Notes: a model not told the origin generated them from the sequence alone. A DNA stretch of 64,000 nucleotides from Alphaproteobacteria bacterium (GCA_965228895.1 OZ245842.1:2976001-3040000), one strand, 5' to 3'. Positions 47,733-58,945 are shown, counted from the stretch's first letter. Program-made: numbers and translations.

Positions 47733-48178
47733 GCCGCACCCGACGAGCAATCGGCACAGGTCCCGGTAATCTCGACGGTCTGCCTGTCGACGACAAAACC
47801 GTGGTCCGCCGCGCCCTTGGTGATGGCGTTCTTGATGCGTCGGTCTTCCATCTCGACCGCGCGTCCGCAGTCATCACAGATCAGGAACTGCCAGGCATGG
47901 TTATGGGCGGGATCGGCACAACCGACGAACGCATTCAGCGACTCCACCCGATGCACAAGACCCTGCTCGATCAGGAAATCGAGCGCCCGGTATACCGTCG
48001 GCGGCGCCGCCTTGCCCTGCCGATCACGCAAAAGGTCGAGCAGCTCATAGGCGCCAATCGGCCGTCCGGCCGCCACGACCAAATCGAGAACCGCGCAGCG
48101 CAACGGCGTCAAGCGGACGCCGCGCTGGTCACAGAGCCGGGCTGCCGCTTCACTGGCACGCTGTTTGCTGGCTGTCAT
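47729..48178 (-). CDS. zur: Zinc uptake regulator
   Basis: RLTPLR, GAYELL, PPTVYRALDFL, CDDC and CADC motifs. Confidence 0.92.
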   Translation of the reverse strand: MTASKQRASEAAARLCDQRGVRLTPLRCAVLDLVVAAGRPIGAYELLDLLRDRQGKAAPPTVYRALDFLIEQGLVHRVESLNAFVGCADPAHNHAWQFLICDDCGRAVEMEDRRIKNAITKGAADHGFVVDRQTVEITGTCADCSSGAA

Positions 48179-48197
48179 GACACCGTCCCTTCACGAA

Positions 48198-48218
48198 GAA
48201 TGTTACGTTATAACAATG
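48198..48218. promoter_or_regulatory. Zur box
   Basis: TGTTACGTTATAACA (48201-48215) closely matches the TGTTATA-N-TATAACA core, just upstream of zur. Confidence 0.8.
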
Positions 48219-48332
48219 CCAACGTGAGCGCCAATGCCTTCTCTACCGGCCGTGACACCGCACGTTTTCGCGTCGTCCGGCGTGATTCAGACAGTGGTTC
48301 AATCGAGGTGCGATCCGATCTAGGTTCGGGCC

Positions 48333-49499
48333 ATGACACAGACACTTCCGCCGGTACGGCTGCATATCAACGACCGTTTCGATCCAAGCGAAGCCTATGG
48401 CGACGCGCAACGATCGGTCATCGGACCCGCTGCGCGAACCCAGGCGCTGGACACGATCACCGCTTGGCCGGGCTACGCACCAACACCGCTGATCGAGCTG
48501 AAGGGGCTGGCCGACTATTGCGGTATCGACCGCTTGTGGCTGAAGCACGAGGGCAAGCGGTTCCACCTGAAAAGCTTCAAGGCCCTTGGCGGCGCCTATG
48601 CGGTCCAGCGATTGTTGGGTGACAAAGCCGGTAGCGATGCCAGTGGCCTCACCGTGTGCTGCGCCACCGACGGCAACCACGGCAAGGCTGTGGCCTGGGG
48701 CGCCCAGCAGGCGGGCATCCGCTGCGTTATCTATCTGCACGCCCATGTCAGCCAGGGCCGCGAGGACGCCATCGCCGCGTTCGGCGCCGAGATCAAGCGG
48801 GTCGACGGCACCTATGACGATTCCGTGCGCCAAGCCGCCGCCGATGCCGAGACCAACGGGTGGACCGTGGTCTCCGACACCTCTTGGGACGGCTATACCG
48901 AGATCCCGTCCTGGGTGATGCAGGGGTACACAGTCATGGTCGCGGAAATCATGGATCAGTTGGGGTCTGAGCGGCCGACCCATCTGTTCGTGCAAGGCGG
49001 CGTCGGCGGTCTGCCGGCGGCGGTCATCGCACCGTTCTGGGCCGACTGGGGAGCCGAGCGCCCGCGCCCCATCGTCGTCGAACCCCATGCCGCCGACTGT
49101 CTCTATCAAAGTGCCGTAGCCGGCAAGCTGGCCGAGGCCGAAGGCAATCTGGAGACCCTGATGGCGTGCCTGTCGGCCGGCGAAGCCTCACCGCTCGCTT
49201 GGCAGATCCTGGACCACGGTACCGCCGCCTTCATGACCATGGACGACGATTTTGTTCGCCAGGCCATGACCGTGCTGGCGCGAGGTCACGGCGCAGACCC
49301 CAAGCTGGTGGTCGGCGAGTCCGGGTCGGCCGGAACCGCGGCGATGCTGGCGCTGAGAGACAGAACCGATTTGCGCCAGGCGCTCGGGCTCGACGCCCAC
49401 GCACGCGTGCTGGTCATCGCGAGCGAAGGCGCGACCGATCCGGAGATCTATCACGAGGTCGTCGGCCAAACGCCGGACGCGGTGGGCGAAGCCGCATGA
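48333..49499 (+). CDS. dpaL: Diaminopropionate ammonia-lyase (PLP)
   Basis: YAPTPL, SFKALGG, ATDGNHG, VSDTSW, MQGY, GESG, SEGATDP. Confidence 0.9.
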   Translation: MTQTLPPVRLHINDRFDPSEAYGDAQRSVIGPAARTQALDTITAWPGYAPTPLIELKGLADYCGIDRLWLKHEGKRFHLKSFKALGGAYAVQRLLGDKAGSDASGLTVCCATDGNHGKAVAWGAQQAGIRCVIYLHAHVSQGREDAIAAFGAEIKRVDGTYDDSVRQAAADAETNGWTVVSDTSWDGYTEIPSWVMQGYTVMVAEIMDQLGSERPTHLFVQGGVGGLPAAVIAPFWADWGAERPRPIVVEPHAADCLYQSAVAGKLAEAEGNLETLMACLSAGEASPLAWQILDHGTAAFMTMDDDFVRQAMTVLARGHGADPKLVVGESGSAGTAAMLALRDRTDLRQALGLDAHARVLVIASEGATDPEIYHEVVGQTPDAVGEAA

Positions 49500-50929
49500 G
49501 CGACGGCGAAGACCTGGACCTCGTCATTCGCGGCGGCACGATCGTTACCGCGTCGGATACGTTTCGCGCCGATGTCGGCATCCGCGATGGCCGCATCGCG
49601 CTTTTGGCCGAGACCATCACCGGCGCGCGCGACACGCTTGATGCCGATGGCCTGATGGTCCTGCCCGGCGGCATCGATGCCCATTGCCACCTGGCGCAGC
49701 CGCCGAAGGGTAAGGTCGAGTACGCCGACGACTTCGAAAGCGGCACGCTGTCGGCGTTGGCGGGCGGCACCACGACGGTCATGCCGTTCGCCCTACAACT
49801 GCCCGACATGAGCTTGCGCGAGGCGGTCGACGATTATCACGGCAAGGCCAACGGCAAAGCGGCCATCGATTATGCCTTCCACCTGATCTTGACCGAGACA
49901 TCGCCGCAGATCCTGGGCCAGGAACTGCCGGCCCTGATCCGCGACGGCTACAACTCGTTCAAGATCTTCATGACCTATGACGATTTCCGTCTGGATGACC
50001 GCGAGATCCTGGAGATTCTGGCGGTCGCCGGGCGCGAGGGCGGCCTCGTGATGGTGCATGCGGAGAACCACCATTGCATCCAGTGGATGAGCGACGAGCT
50101 GGTCTCGGCCGGCAAAACGGAGCCCAAGTACCATGCGACGTCACGGCCCATGGCGGTCGAACGCGAGGCAACCCACCGGGCGATCTCGCTGGCCGAGGTC
50201 GCCGGCGTGCCGGTCTTCCTGGTGCACGTTTCCGCGCGCGAGGCGGCCGAGCAGATCGCCTGGGCACGCGAGCGGGACCTGCCGGTCTATGGCGAGACCT
50301 GCCCACAATATCTGTGTCTGAGCGAAGAAGACCTGGACCGGCCTGGTTTCGAAGGCGCCAAATTCATCTGCTCGCCACCACCACGCGATGCCGATAATCC
50401 GGCGGCGCTGTGGCGTGCCTTGCAGTTGGGCACGCTGCAGATCGTCTCTTCCGACCATTCACCGACCCGTTTCGACGATCCCAAGGGCAAGAAGGTCGGT
50501 GGCACCGACGCGCCGTTCACCCAGGTGCCAAACGGCATTCCCGGTCTTGAAACGCGCCTCTCCTTGATCTGGTCCGAGGGCGTGACGACGGGCCGGATCA
50601 CCGCCAATCAGTTCGTCGACCTGACCGCGACCGCGCCGGCCCGGATGTATGGGCTGACGCGAAAGGGCCGGGTTGCGATTGGCGCGGACGCCGACCTGGT
50701 CCTGTGGGACCCCACGCGGCAGACCACCATCCGCAACGAGGACCAGCACCACAACATGGACTACACGCCCTATGAGGGGTTCGAGGTCACGGGCTGGCCG
50801 GTCACGACACTCTCGCGCGGCGAGATCGTCTGGCATGACGGCGCGATTACCGCGGAGCCTGGGCGCGGCCAGTTTATCGTCTGTGACGCGCCCGGACCGA
50901 TGGCCCGAGCCGCCAACAAGACCGGCTAA
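49496..50929 (+). CDS. hydA: Dihydropyrimidinase / D-hydantoinase
   Basis: PGGIDAHCH, FKIFMTY, VHAEN, ETCPQY, SSDH, NGIPG; ATGA overlap with dpaL. Confidence 0.9.
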   Translation: MSDGEDLDLVIRGGTIVTASDTFRADVGIRDGRIALLAETITGARDTLDADGLMVLPGGIDAHCHLAQPPKGKVEYADDFESGTLSALAGGTTTVMPFALQLPDMSLREAVDDYHGKANGKAAIDYAFHLILTETSPQILGQELPALIRDGYNSFKIFMTYDDFRLDDREILEILAVAGREGGLVMVHAENHHCIQWMSDELVSAGKTEPKYHATSRPMAVEREATHRAISLAEVAGVPVFLVHVSAREAAEQIAWARERDLPVYGETCPQYLCLSEEDLDRPGFEGAKFICSPPPRDADNPAALWRALQLGTLQIVSSDHSPTRFDDPKGKKVGGTDAPFTQVPNGIPGLETRLSLIWSEGVTTGRITANQFVDLTATAPARMYGLTRKGRVAIGADADLVLWDPTRQTTIRNEDQHHNMDYTPYEGFEVTGWPVTTLSRGEIVWHDGAITAEPGRGQFIVCDAPGPMARAANKTG

Positions 50930-51017
50930 CCTGATTTTGCCAAATTCTTGATCGACGATCGTGCATCGGCATGCTTCGGTAGGACATTGCCAACGGTTTG
51001 GATCGATTGGGGCAACG

Positions 51018-51512
51018 ATGCGACTTGTTCTTATGGCGACGGTTTTCCTGGTTCTTGCGTCACCCTTATCGGCGCAACAGACCATGGTGCCCGACGCGAC
51101 TGCCCTGGCCGTCCAGGAAGGCCTGACGGCGCTGGGGTACAACCCCGGCCCGACCGACGGCAAACCGGGACCGGCGACAAAACGCGCGATTGAGCAGTAT
51201 CAGCGCGACAACCAGTTGCCCGTCGATGGTTTGGCGACAAGAGAGCTTGCCGAACACATCGATATCGCGGTCGCGCGCGGCAACAACTCGCCCGAGCAGA
51301 TTTTGGCGCGCGGCAACATGCTGCGCAGCTATACCCGCGCGATACAGGAAAAACTGACCGCGCTGGGCTACGATCCCGGCCCGATCGACGGGGCAATCGG
51401 CAGCCAGACACGGGCCGCGATCACACAGTACGAGAGCGACAACGGCCTGCCGGAACGGGGTCAGGTCAGCAAGGCGCTTCTGGCGCATATGCACGGGCTG
51501 AACGGGCCGTGA
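51018..51512 (+). CDS. Secreted protein with two peptidoglycan-binding (PG_binding_1) domains
   Basis: Two Q..L..LGY.PGP.DG..G..T..AI..Y repeats. Confidence 0.88.
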   Translation: MRLVLMATVFLVLASPLSAQQTMVPDATALAVQEGLTALGYNPGPTDGKPGPATKRAIEQYQRDNQLPVDGLATRELAEHIDIAVARGNNSPEQILARGNMLRSYTRAIQEKLTALGYDPGPIDGAIGSQTRAAITQYESDNGLPERGQVSKALLAHMHGLNGP

Positions 51513-52153
51513 AACATCAAAACGAAGGCGCGCCGGGCGGCCACGCCGACTTTCGCCTCCACGCGCCGGCAACGGCGCGCAACCGCGACGCCATACTCGA
51601 AAAGATCACCGACCTTGCCGCCGCCGACGCCCGTGTTCTGGAGATCGGCAGCGGCACGGGCGAGCACGCCGTTCATATCGCTGGCCAGATGCCGAACCTG
51701 GTGTGGCAGACCAGCGATCCCGATCCCACCATGCGTGCCAGCACTCAGGCGTGGATCGATCACACCGGGGTCGCCAACGTCGGCCAGCCGCTGGCGCTCG
51801 ACTGTGGCGCAGAGGCCTGGTGGCGCGACGTCAATTTTGGCCCGGACCTGATGATCGCCATCAACTTCACCCACATCGTGCCGCCTGCCTGTATCGACGG
51901 TCTGCTGGCCGGCGCCGGGGTCCTGCTGAAACCGGACGGCGTGCTGGCGCTCTATGGCGCCTTTACGTTTAACGGCGTCTATAGCGCTGCGACGAACCGC
52001 AGCTTCGATCGCATGTTGCGCCAGCAGAACGCGGCCTGGGGGCTACGCGACCTCAACGACATTTCGGCCGGCGCCAACCGCCACGGCCTGAAGCTGGACC
52101 AAATCATCGCCATGCCGTCCAACAATCATTTGTTGACGCTGAAACAGGCTTAA
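51509..52153 (+). CDS. DUF938 SAM-dependent methyltransferase
   Basis: ATARNRDAI, LEIGSGTGEH, LYGAF, N.SFD..L, WGLRD, MPSNN. Confidence 0.9.
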   Translation: MKHQNEGAPGGHADFRLHAPATARNRDAILEKITDLAAADARVLEIGSGTGEHAVHIAGQMPNLVWQTSDPDPTMRASTQAWIDHTGVANVGQPLALDCGAEAWWRDVNFGPDLMIAINFTHIVPPACIDGLLAGAGVLLKPDGVLALYGAFTFNGVYSAATNRSFDRMLRQQNAAWGLRDLNDISAGANRHGLKLDQIIAMPSNNHLLTLKQA

Positions 52154-52280
52154 GGAGGCCACCGGGTAGGATGTGCCCGCTAAAACAAGGGTTTGCCAGC
52201 GCCTGCCGTCATCTGTTAGTCCCTTGGCGGCAGAGTAACGGTCCGTTCAAAGAGCGCGGGAAGACCAAGGGGAAGTAGGC

Positions 52281-53051
52281 GTGCGTCAAGGCAGTTGGGG
52301 ATTACGCGAGACAGGGCGGCAGCAGCGCCGTCGGCGCATCGCCTTCCTGATGCGTGTGCTTATCTATGTACTCGTCGTCTGCGGTGTCGCGTGGTTCAGC
52401 TACAGCGAAGGACGGCGTATATCGCAAAGCCGGATCGACAATCTGGAAAGCCAGGTTTCGCAGCTTCGCATAACGACCGACGAAGCGGTCGAAGCGGCCA
52501 TCGAGGCCGAGAGTTCCGAACAGGAACTGCGTGCCGCCGTCGATACCCGTGAAAGCGCCTTGCGTGACGAGGCGGCTGCCTGGCAGCAGCGCTATGACGC
52601 CGAGGTGCCGCACGGCGAAGCGGCCGTGCTGTGGACCCAGGTCACCGAGCGGCTGGAGCAAGGTATCAGCGTCGATCGGCTGGGCGATGTCATCGCCCTG
52701 GTCGAGGAAGAGCGCAACTGCGATGCCGCGGCGCCGTCCAAACGCATCGTTGTCAAAACGGAGTTCCACGACGATACGGTGAGCGCGGCGAGCTTCGCCG
52801 ACGGCCGCATCTCGGTGACCGGCAGCGGCGCGACCGCGACCGACGAGAACGGTTATCCCGCCGCGTGGTTCGATCCGGGCAAACCGGTGTCCCTGGTGTT
52901 CTCCACCATTGGCGGCGGCACCGACACGATCGAAGGCCCACTGCCAGTCTATCACAACATCCTGGTTGGCAACGACCAGTACCGCTTTGCCGTCAGCGAG
53001 GGGCCACCGGACTTCGCCATCGTCACCGTCGAACGCTGCGACTATCCGTGA
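52281..53051 (+). CDS. Hypothetical membrane-anchored coiled-coil protein
   Basis: Basic N-terminus, one TM, heptad-rich region and beta-rich C-terminal domain; overlaps the next start (GTGA). Confidence 0.65.
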   Translation: MRQGSWGLRETGRQQRRRRIAFLMRVLIYVLVVCGVAWFSYSEGRRISQSRIDNLESQVSQLRITTDEAVEAAIEAESSEQELRAAVDTRESALRDEAAAWQQRYDAEVPHGEAAVLWTQVTERLEQGISVDRLGDVIALVEEERNCDAAAPSKRIVVKTEFHDDTVSAASFADGRISVTGSGATATDENGYPAAWFDPGKPVSLVFSTIGGGTDTIEGPLPVYHNILVGNDQYRFAVSEGPPDFAIVTVERCDYP

Positions 53052-53626
53052 GCGATGCAGTAAGGCAGGTGCTCGCCTTCTGGTTCGGCGAGGAAGGCGA
53101 CCCCGACTGGGGTGCTATGTGCGAAGCGTGGTTCGAAAAGAGCGATGATTTCGACCAAGCTTGCCGTGACGGCTTTTTGGATCTCTACGAACAGGCGGCC
53201 GCGGGCAAGTTGGATGACTGGATGGCCAGCGCTGACGGCTGTCTTGCCTTGCTGATCCTGCTCGACCAGCTTCCGCGCAACATGTTCCGGGGTTCGGCGC
53301 GCATGTACGCCACCGACGACAAGGCGCTCGCCATCGCCGAGCATGTCGCGGCAAAAGGTCTCGACGCCAGCATGACAGACGTCCAGAAACTGTTTGCCCA
53401 CCTGCCCTTCGAACACGCCGAGGATCTGGACCACCAGAATCGTCACGTCGCCTATATCGACGCGAACTATCACGGGCCCCGTCGAGAGGAATGCCAGAAA
53501 ACGGCGGCACGGCACCAGGAGATCATCGCACGGTTCGGACGTTTCCCTCACCGCAATGACATCCTGGATCGCGTCTCGACGGACGAGGAAATCGAGTTCC
53601 TTAAGGAGCCGAACTCGTCGTTCTAA
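53048..53626 (+). CDS. DUF924 family protein
   Basis: VLAFWF, LLDQLPRNMFRG, LPFEHAE, RFGRFPHRN. Confidence 0.92.
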   Translation: MSDAVRQVLAFWFGEEGDPDWGAMCEAWFEKSDDFDQACRDGFLDLYEQAAAGKLDDWMASADGCLALLILLDQLPRNMFRGSARMYATDDKALAIAEHVAAKGLDASMTDVQKLFAHLPFEHAEDLDHQNRHVAYIDANYHGPRREECQKTAARHQEIIARFGRFPHRNDILDRVSTDEEIEFLKEPNSSF

Positions 53627-54630
53627 CGCGCGGCATAGGCCTCAAGCTTTTGGTGAAGCGCTCCAGCAATCGCGACGCCGTCTCGGGCGGTCGCCTCGCG
53701 CGCCTTGAGCCGGCGTTCGCCCGGCAGGCGGGTACCCGGCTGGTCGAGGATCGCCGAAAATAGATCGTCGGCGCGCGTTTCGAGATTACCGCCAAATGCC
53801 TGGGGATCGAAAGCCAGGAAACACTGGCCGGTGCGCGGCGGCCCGCCCTCGTTGCCGCCGAAGGAACTCGCCTGATAGCCGAAGTTGGCGCCGCCCAGCC
53901 CGGCTGCCATCAGTTCGATCAATAACGCCAGATTGGCGCCCTTGCGCCCACCGGTCGGCACCATCGTCCCCTTGAGCGCGGAGTCGGGGTCGGTGGTCGG
54001 TTTGCCTTCAGCGTCGAGCGCCCAGCCCTCCGGGATGGCCTCGCCGCGCTGAGCGTGCACGACGACCTCGCTCTTGGCGACGACACTGGACGACTGGTCG
54101 ATCACCAACGGCGGCGTGCCCGGGCGTGGACAGGCAATGGCGATCGGGTCGGTTCCAAACATGCCCTTGGCGCCACCCCATGGCGCAATCGCCGCTGGAC
54201 CGTTGACGAAACCCAGCGCCAACAACCCCTGGTCGGCAATCCTCTCGACGTGATAACCGACAACGCCGCAGTTATAGGAATTGGTGACGGTCATGACGGC
54301 GACACCCTGGGACTGGGCCGCCGCGTAGAGTTCAGGCAAGCCCAGATCAATGGCCGGATGGGCAAAGCCGGCGGCGGCATCAGCCACCACGGCGCCCGGC
54401 TTTGGCCTGGCGACGGTCGCCACGACCTTGCCGTCGACCTTGCCGCATAGAACATGCTCGGCATAGGTCGGCAGGCGGGCCAGGCCATGGCTGTGAATAC
54501 CGTCCGCCTCCGCGGCAACAACCGATCGCGTCACGGAATCTGCGTTGGTCTCTTCCGTGCCGCAGGCGCGCAGAACGCGGCCGGTCAGATCGCCGACCGC
54601 ATCAAGCGTCAGTGTCACCGTTTCTGTCAT
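53623..54630 (-). CDS. Ldh_2 family (malate/L-lactate/sulfolactate dehydrogenase-like) oxidoreductase
   Basis: AEADGIHSHG, FGTDPIA, GGRKG..LAL..E, RLPG.RR. Confidence 0.88.
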   Translation of the reverse strand: MTETVTLTLDAVGDLTGRVLRACGTEETNADSVTRSVVAAEADGIHSHGLARLPTYAEHVLCGKVDGKVVATVARPKPGAVVADAAAGFAHPAIDLGLPELYAAAQSQGVAVMTVTNSYNCGVVGYHVERIADQGLLALGFVNGPAAIAPWGGAKGMFGTDPIAIACPRPGTPPLVIDQSSSVVAKSEVVVHAQRGEAIPEGWALDAEGKPTTDPDSALKGTMVPTGGRKGANLALLIELMAAGLGGANFGYQASSFGGNEGGPPRTGQCFLAFDPQAFGGNLETRADDLFSAILDQPGTRLPGERRLKAREATARDGVAIAGALHQKLEAYAAR

Positions 54631-54753
54631 CGCACCATTCCCGGTCATTGGGTTTGCGGCAGCATAGGGCGATTCTTGGCCCGCGCCACCCGGGCTAACG
54701 CCTACCAACTTGGATCGTGACCGCTCCGGCACGCATCGTTATGATCGCGCGCC

Positions 54754-56463
54754 ATGGAGAGGTCGGAACGTCCCCATACCCTGGTCACCATGTGCCTGCT
54801 GGCGGTTGTCGTCGGCATCGTCGCGGCCGCCGGCGCCTGGATCTTCAAGAAGCTGATCGCGTTTTTCCACAACGCGCTGCTGCTTGGCCAGTTTGGCTGG
54901 TCCTACGACATCTCCGACTACGTCTCCGTCAATCCCTGGGGTCCGGGCATCATTCTGGTGCCGCCGCTGGCCGCGATCATCGTCGCCTTCCTGGTCAAGA
55001 CCTACGCGCCGGAGGCCAAAGGTCACGGCGTGCCGGAAGTGATGGACGCGATCCATTACAACGAAGCCCGCATGCGATGGCAGGTCGTGGTGATCAAGGC
55101 GGTCGCCTCGTCGCTGACCATAGGTTCCGGTGGTTCGGCGGGCCGCGAGGGGCCGATCATCCAGATGGGTGCTGCGATGGGTTCGGTGCTGGGCGCGTTT
55201 GTCGGCATGCCGCTCAACCAACGTATCACGCTGGTTGCCGCCGGCGCTGGCGCAGGCATCGCGGCGGCCTTCAACGCGCCGGTCGGCGGCATCCTGTTTG
55301 CCGTCGAACTGATTTTGCTCTCCGTCAACGCGGCCAATCTGCTACCGGTATCACTCGCGACTGTCGTCGCGATCTGGCTGTCGCGCCTCGTCGAGGGCCG
55401 CTCGCCGCTGATCGACATACCCGAACTGATGGTCCATGCGGGCGAGACCCTCTCGCTCTGGGTCATGCTGCTGTTCGTGCCGCTGGGCATTCTGGTCGGC
55501 CTGCTGTCGGCCTTGTTCATCTGGTCGCTCGACAAGGCAGAAGATCTGTTCGCCCGGATTCCGGGCGGCTACTACGTCCAGCATGTCCTCGGCATGTTTC
55601 TGCTGGGTCTGATGATCTATGGCCTGTGGAGCTATGCCGGGCACTACTTTGTCGAGGGTGTCGGTTACGCGTCGATCACGCAGATCTTGATGACCGTTCT
55701 TGCCGACCCCGTCTTCCTGCTGATGCTGATGGTGTTCAAGCTGGTCGCGACCTGTCTGACACTGGGCTCGGGCGCATCAGGCGGCGTCTTTTCGCCATCG
55801 ATGTTCATGGGTGCGGCACTCGGCGCGGCATTCGGCCATCTGTGCCAGGCGTTCATTCCCGGTATCGACATTCCGATCGCGATCTTCGCCATCGCCGGCA
55901 TGGCGGGTGCGGTGGCCGGGGGAACCGGCGCCGTGTTGACGGCGATCGCCATGACCTACGAAATGACATTCGACTACAACAGCATGCTGCCGGTGATCGC
56001 GGTGAGCGTGATCAGCCTTGCCGTGCGCCGGGCGGTTATCCCCGAGAGCATCTACACGATCAAGCTTCTGCGGCGCGGCCATGTCGTGCCCGAAGGGCTG
56101 CAGTCCTCGGTGGACGCCTCGCGCCATGTCGACCAGTTGATGAGCGCCAACTTCTGCGAATGTGATGCCGCGGCCGTATCGAGCCACGAGGCCGGCCAGA
56201 CCAGTATCGTGACCAGGGACGGCACGATTACCGGGGTCCTGGGCCCGGCCGCGCGCGCCGACGCCGACTTCACCAAGGGCTATATCGTCGTCGAGCCCGA
56301 CTCGCCGATGATTCCCACCCTGCAAGCCATGGACCGGGCCGGCGCCAAGATCGCCGTCGTTTCGCGCGATCCGGGCTCCGGCAAGTTTTCCGATGTGTTG
56401 GGTGTCGTGACCGCGGCCGAGATCGGCGCCCATGTCGGGCACAGCGCCTTGATGCTGTCCTAA
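54754..56463 (+). CDS. ClC family chloride channel/transporter with degenerate CBS tail
   Basis: GHGVPE, GREGP, AAFNAP, GGVFSP, SIYT motifs. Confidence 0.92.
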   Translation: MERSERPHTLVTMCLLAVVVGIVAAAGAWIFKKLIAFFHNALLLGQFGWSYDISDYVSVNPWGPGIILVPPLAAIIVAFLVKTYAPEAKGHGVPEVMDAIHYNEARMRWQVVVIKAVASSLTIGSGGSAGREGPIIQMGAAMGSVLGAFVGMPLNQRITLVAAGAGAGIAAAFNAPVGGILFAVELILLSVNAANLLPVSLATVVAIWLSRLVEGRSPLIDIPELMVHAGETLSLWVMLLFVPLGILVGLLSALFIWSLDKAEDLFARIPGGYYVQHVLGMFLLGLMIYGLWSYAGHYFVEGVGYASITQILMTVLADPVFLLMLMVFKLVATCLTLGSGASGGVFSPSMFMGAALGAAFGHLCQAFIPGIDIPIAIFAIAGMAGAVAGGTGAVLTAIAMTYEMTFDYNSMLPVIAVSVISLAVRRAVIPESIYTIKLLRRGHVVPEGLQSSVDASRHVDQLMSANFCECDAAAVSSHEAGQTSIVTRDGTITGVLGPAARADADFTKGYIVVEPDSPMIPTLQAMDRAGAKIAVVSRDPGSGKFSDVLGVVTAAEIGAHVGHSALMLS

Positions 56464-57584
56464 TCCACCGCATTCAGTCCGAGGCGCCTGACCACCTCGT
56501 CGGCAAGCGCGAGGGACGACGTCAGACCAGGCGATTCGATACCAAACAGATTGACCAGGCCGGCAACGCCGTGGTCGGCGGGACCCTGGATAACGAAGTC
56601 CGCCGCCGGCTGGCCGGGCGCCTGCACCTTCGGGCGGATGCCGCTATAGCCCGGCTCCAGCGCGCCGTCCTGAAGGTCCGGCCAAAAGCGGCGAACGGAC
56701 TCATAGAAGACATCGGCGCGGGCCGGGTCGACGTCGTAGTCGATCGTCTCGACCCACTCGGCATCGGGTCCGAACCGGCACTGGCCGCCCAGATCGACGG
56801 TGACATGGACACCCAGACTAACCTGGTTGGGCGCGGGGTAGATCAGGCTGTTGAACGGCGAGCGTCCGGGAAGCGTGTAGTAGCTGCCTTTGGCCATATA
56901 GAGCGGCGGCACCTTGTCGGCCGGCATGCCGTCGATCGACGCGGCCAGACGGTTGGCGCCCAGGCCGGCCGCGTTCACCACGAGGCGCGCGCAGAGCGTC
57001 ATCGGTGCTTCTCCGCCAATCTCCAGGACGATGCCGTCGTCGCTAACGCGCCCACCGGTCGACGGCGCGTTCAGCGCCAGCATGGCGCCAGCGTCCTCGG
57101 CATCACCCAGATAGGCAAGCATCAGGCCGTGGCTGTCGATGATGCCGGTCGACGGCGATAACAGCGCGCCCAGGCAATGCACCGCCGGCTCCCGCCCAGC
57201 GACCTCCGCCGGCGTCAGGTGAACCAAATCATCGACGCCATTGACCGCGGCGCGCCGTCTGAGGTCGTCGAGCACCGGCAACTCGCCCTCGTCGGTCGCC
57301 ACGATCAGTTTGCCACAGCGGTTATGGCCAACCCCGTGACGGGCGCAGTAGTCGTAGAGTCGGGCCTTGCCCTCGACGCAAAGCCGGGCCTTCAGGCTGT
57401 TCTCGGCATAGTAGATACCGGCGTGGATGACCTCGCTGTTGCGCGATGACGTGACTGTGCCAAACGCCTCTTCGGCCTCCAGGACAATCACCTCACGCCC
57501 TGCCCTGGCTAGCGCGCGCGCGACCGCCAAACCAACGACCCCGGCGCCTACGACAACCGCTTCGACCTGCTCCATGGCGCTCAT
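56460..57584 (-). CDS. L-2-hydroxyglutarate oxidase (LhgO)-like FAD oxidoreductase
   Basis: [43 protein letters not shown]. Confidence 0.88.
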   Translation of the reverse strand: MSAMEQVEAVVVGAGVVGLAVARALARAGREVIVLEAEEAFGTVTSSRNSEVIHAGIYYAENSLKARLCVEGKARLYDYCARHGVGHNRCGKLIVATDEGELPVLDDLRRRAAVNGVDDLVHLTPAEVAGREPAVHCLGALLSPSTGIIDSHGLMLAYLGDAEDAGAMLALNAPSTGGRVSDDGIVLEIGGEAPMTLCARLVVNAAGLGANRLAASIDGMPADKVPPLYMAKGSYYTLPGRSPFNSLIYPAPNQVSLGVHVTVDLGGQCRFGPDAEWVETIDYDVDPARADVFYESVRRFWPDLQDGALEPGYSGIRPKVQAPGQPAADFVIQGPADHGVAGLVNLFGIESPGLTSSLALADEVVRRLGLNAVD

Positions 57585-57736
57585 TCCGGGCTGAATTGGG
57601 TCATGCAGACGGTCATGGCGTCGGGTTAGCCTTGAGGCGCGGTGAAATTTGACTTAAATCGAAGCAGGCGCATGATCTGCGCTGGGGGAAGCTAACACGT
57701 AATCTCTATAGCGCTTCACGACTGGGAGGAAGAGCT

Positions 57737-58885
57737 TTGGCCAAACATGAAAAAATCAAGACCGTGGACGACAAGGTGACGTCACGTCGGCGCTTTCTGA
57801 AGGGCGGGGGTGTTGCCGCCGTCGGTGGCGCTGCGGCCGTTGCGATGCCGAACGTTGCACGCGCTCAGGACACCAAGGTCATCAAGATGCAGGGCGCCTG
57901 GGGCGGCGGCATCTTCAAGGAATTCGCCGAAGACTACGTCACACGCGTCAACCAGATGTCCGGCGGCAGCTTGCGCATCGACTATCTGGACGTTGACGCG
58001 GTTGTGAAGACCGCTGAAATGCAGACCGCGGTCAGCGAAGAGGTTATCGATGCCGCGCACTTGGTGACCGCGTACTGGTACTCCAAGAACGCCGCGGCAT
58101 CCCTGTTCGGCACCGGCCCGTGCTGGGGCTGGACCGCCAACCAGCTTCTGGGTTGGATCAAATATGGCGGCGGCCAGGCGCTCTATGACGAGCTGATCTC
58201 CGACATCCTGCGCCTCAATCTCGTCGGCTTCTTCACCGGCCCGATGCCGGCGCAGCCGTTCGGCTGGTTCAAGGAACACATCACCGAAGTCAGTCAGATC
58301 GACGGCATCAAGTACCGCACGGTCGGCCTTGCCGCCAACGTGCTGGCCGAGATGGGCATGGAGGTGACGCAGTTGCCGGGCGGTGAAATCCAGCCGGCGA
58401 TGCAGACCGGCCTGATCGATGCGGCAGAGTTCAATAACCCGACGTCGGACAAGGACTTCGGCATGCAGGACGTGTCAAAGCACTATCACCTGGCGAGCTT
58501 CCATCAGTCGCAGGAGACGTTCGAGATTATCTTCAACAAGGATCTCTTCTTCTCGCTGGACGAAAAGGAGCGCGCGATCCTGCAATACGCGTCGGAATCG
58601 GCATCAGCCGACATGTCATGGAAATATCAGGACCGCTACTCCAACGACCTGATCGCGTTGCAGCAGGAGTTCGGCGTCAACGTTTACCGTACGCCCGACG
58701 AGATCATGGCCGAGCAGTTGAAGGCCTGGGATACGGTGCTCAAGGACTTCGTCGACAGCGATCCCTATTTCGCCAAGGTCGTCGAATCGCAGAAGGTCTG
58801 GGCCAAGCGAGTCGGCGCCTACGAGTTGACCAACGCGCCGGACTATGCGGGCGCCTATCGTCACTATTTCGGCGATCCGGTTTAA
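57737..58885 (+). CDS. dctP: TRAP transporter solute-binding protein (TakP-like), Tat-exported
   Basis: SRRRFLK Tat signal, GWFK, KYRTVG, GLIDAAEF. Confidence 0.9.
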   Translation: MAKHEKIKTVDDKVTSRRRFLKGGGVAAVGGAAAVAMPNVARAQDTKVIKMQGAWGGGIFKEFAEDYVTRVNQMSGGSLRIDYLDVDAVVKTAEMQTAVSEEVIDAAHLVTAYWYSKNAAASLFGTGPCWGWTANQLLGWIKYGGGQALYDELISDILRLNLVGFFTGPMPAQPFGWFKEHITEVSQIDGIKYRTVGLAANVLAEMGMEVTQLPGGEIQPAMQTGLIDAAEFNNPTSDKDFGMQDVSKHYHLASFHQSQETFEIIFNKDLFFSLDEKERAILQYASESASADMSWKYQDRYSNDLIALQQEFGVNVYRTPDEIMAEQLKAWDTVLKDFVDSDPYFAKVVESQKVWAKRVGAYELTNAPDYAGAYRHYFGDPV

Positions 58886-58908
58886 GCGAACGCCGTACAA
58901 GACCTGAA

Positions 58909-58945
58909 CCGGTGTGGGCGGTGTCATAGACGCCGCCCCCACCGG
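58909..58945 (+). other. Intercistronic stem-loop after the TRAP binding-protein gene (probable mRNA stabiliser or attenuator)
   Basis: CCGGTGTGGGCGGTGTC-ATA-GACGCCGCCCCCACCGG, a 17-bp stem with one mismatch and one G-U pair; no U-tract. Confidence 0.6.
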
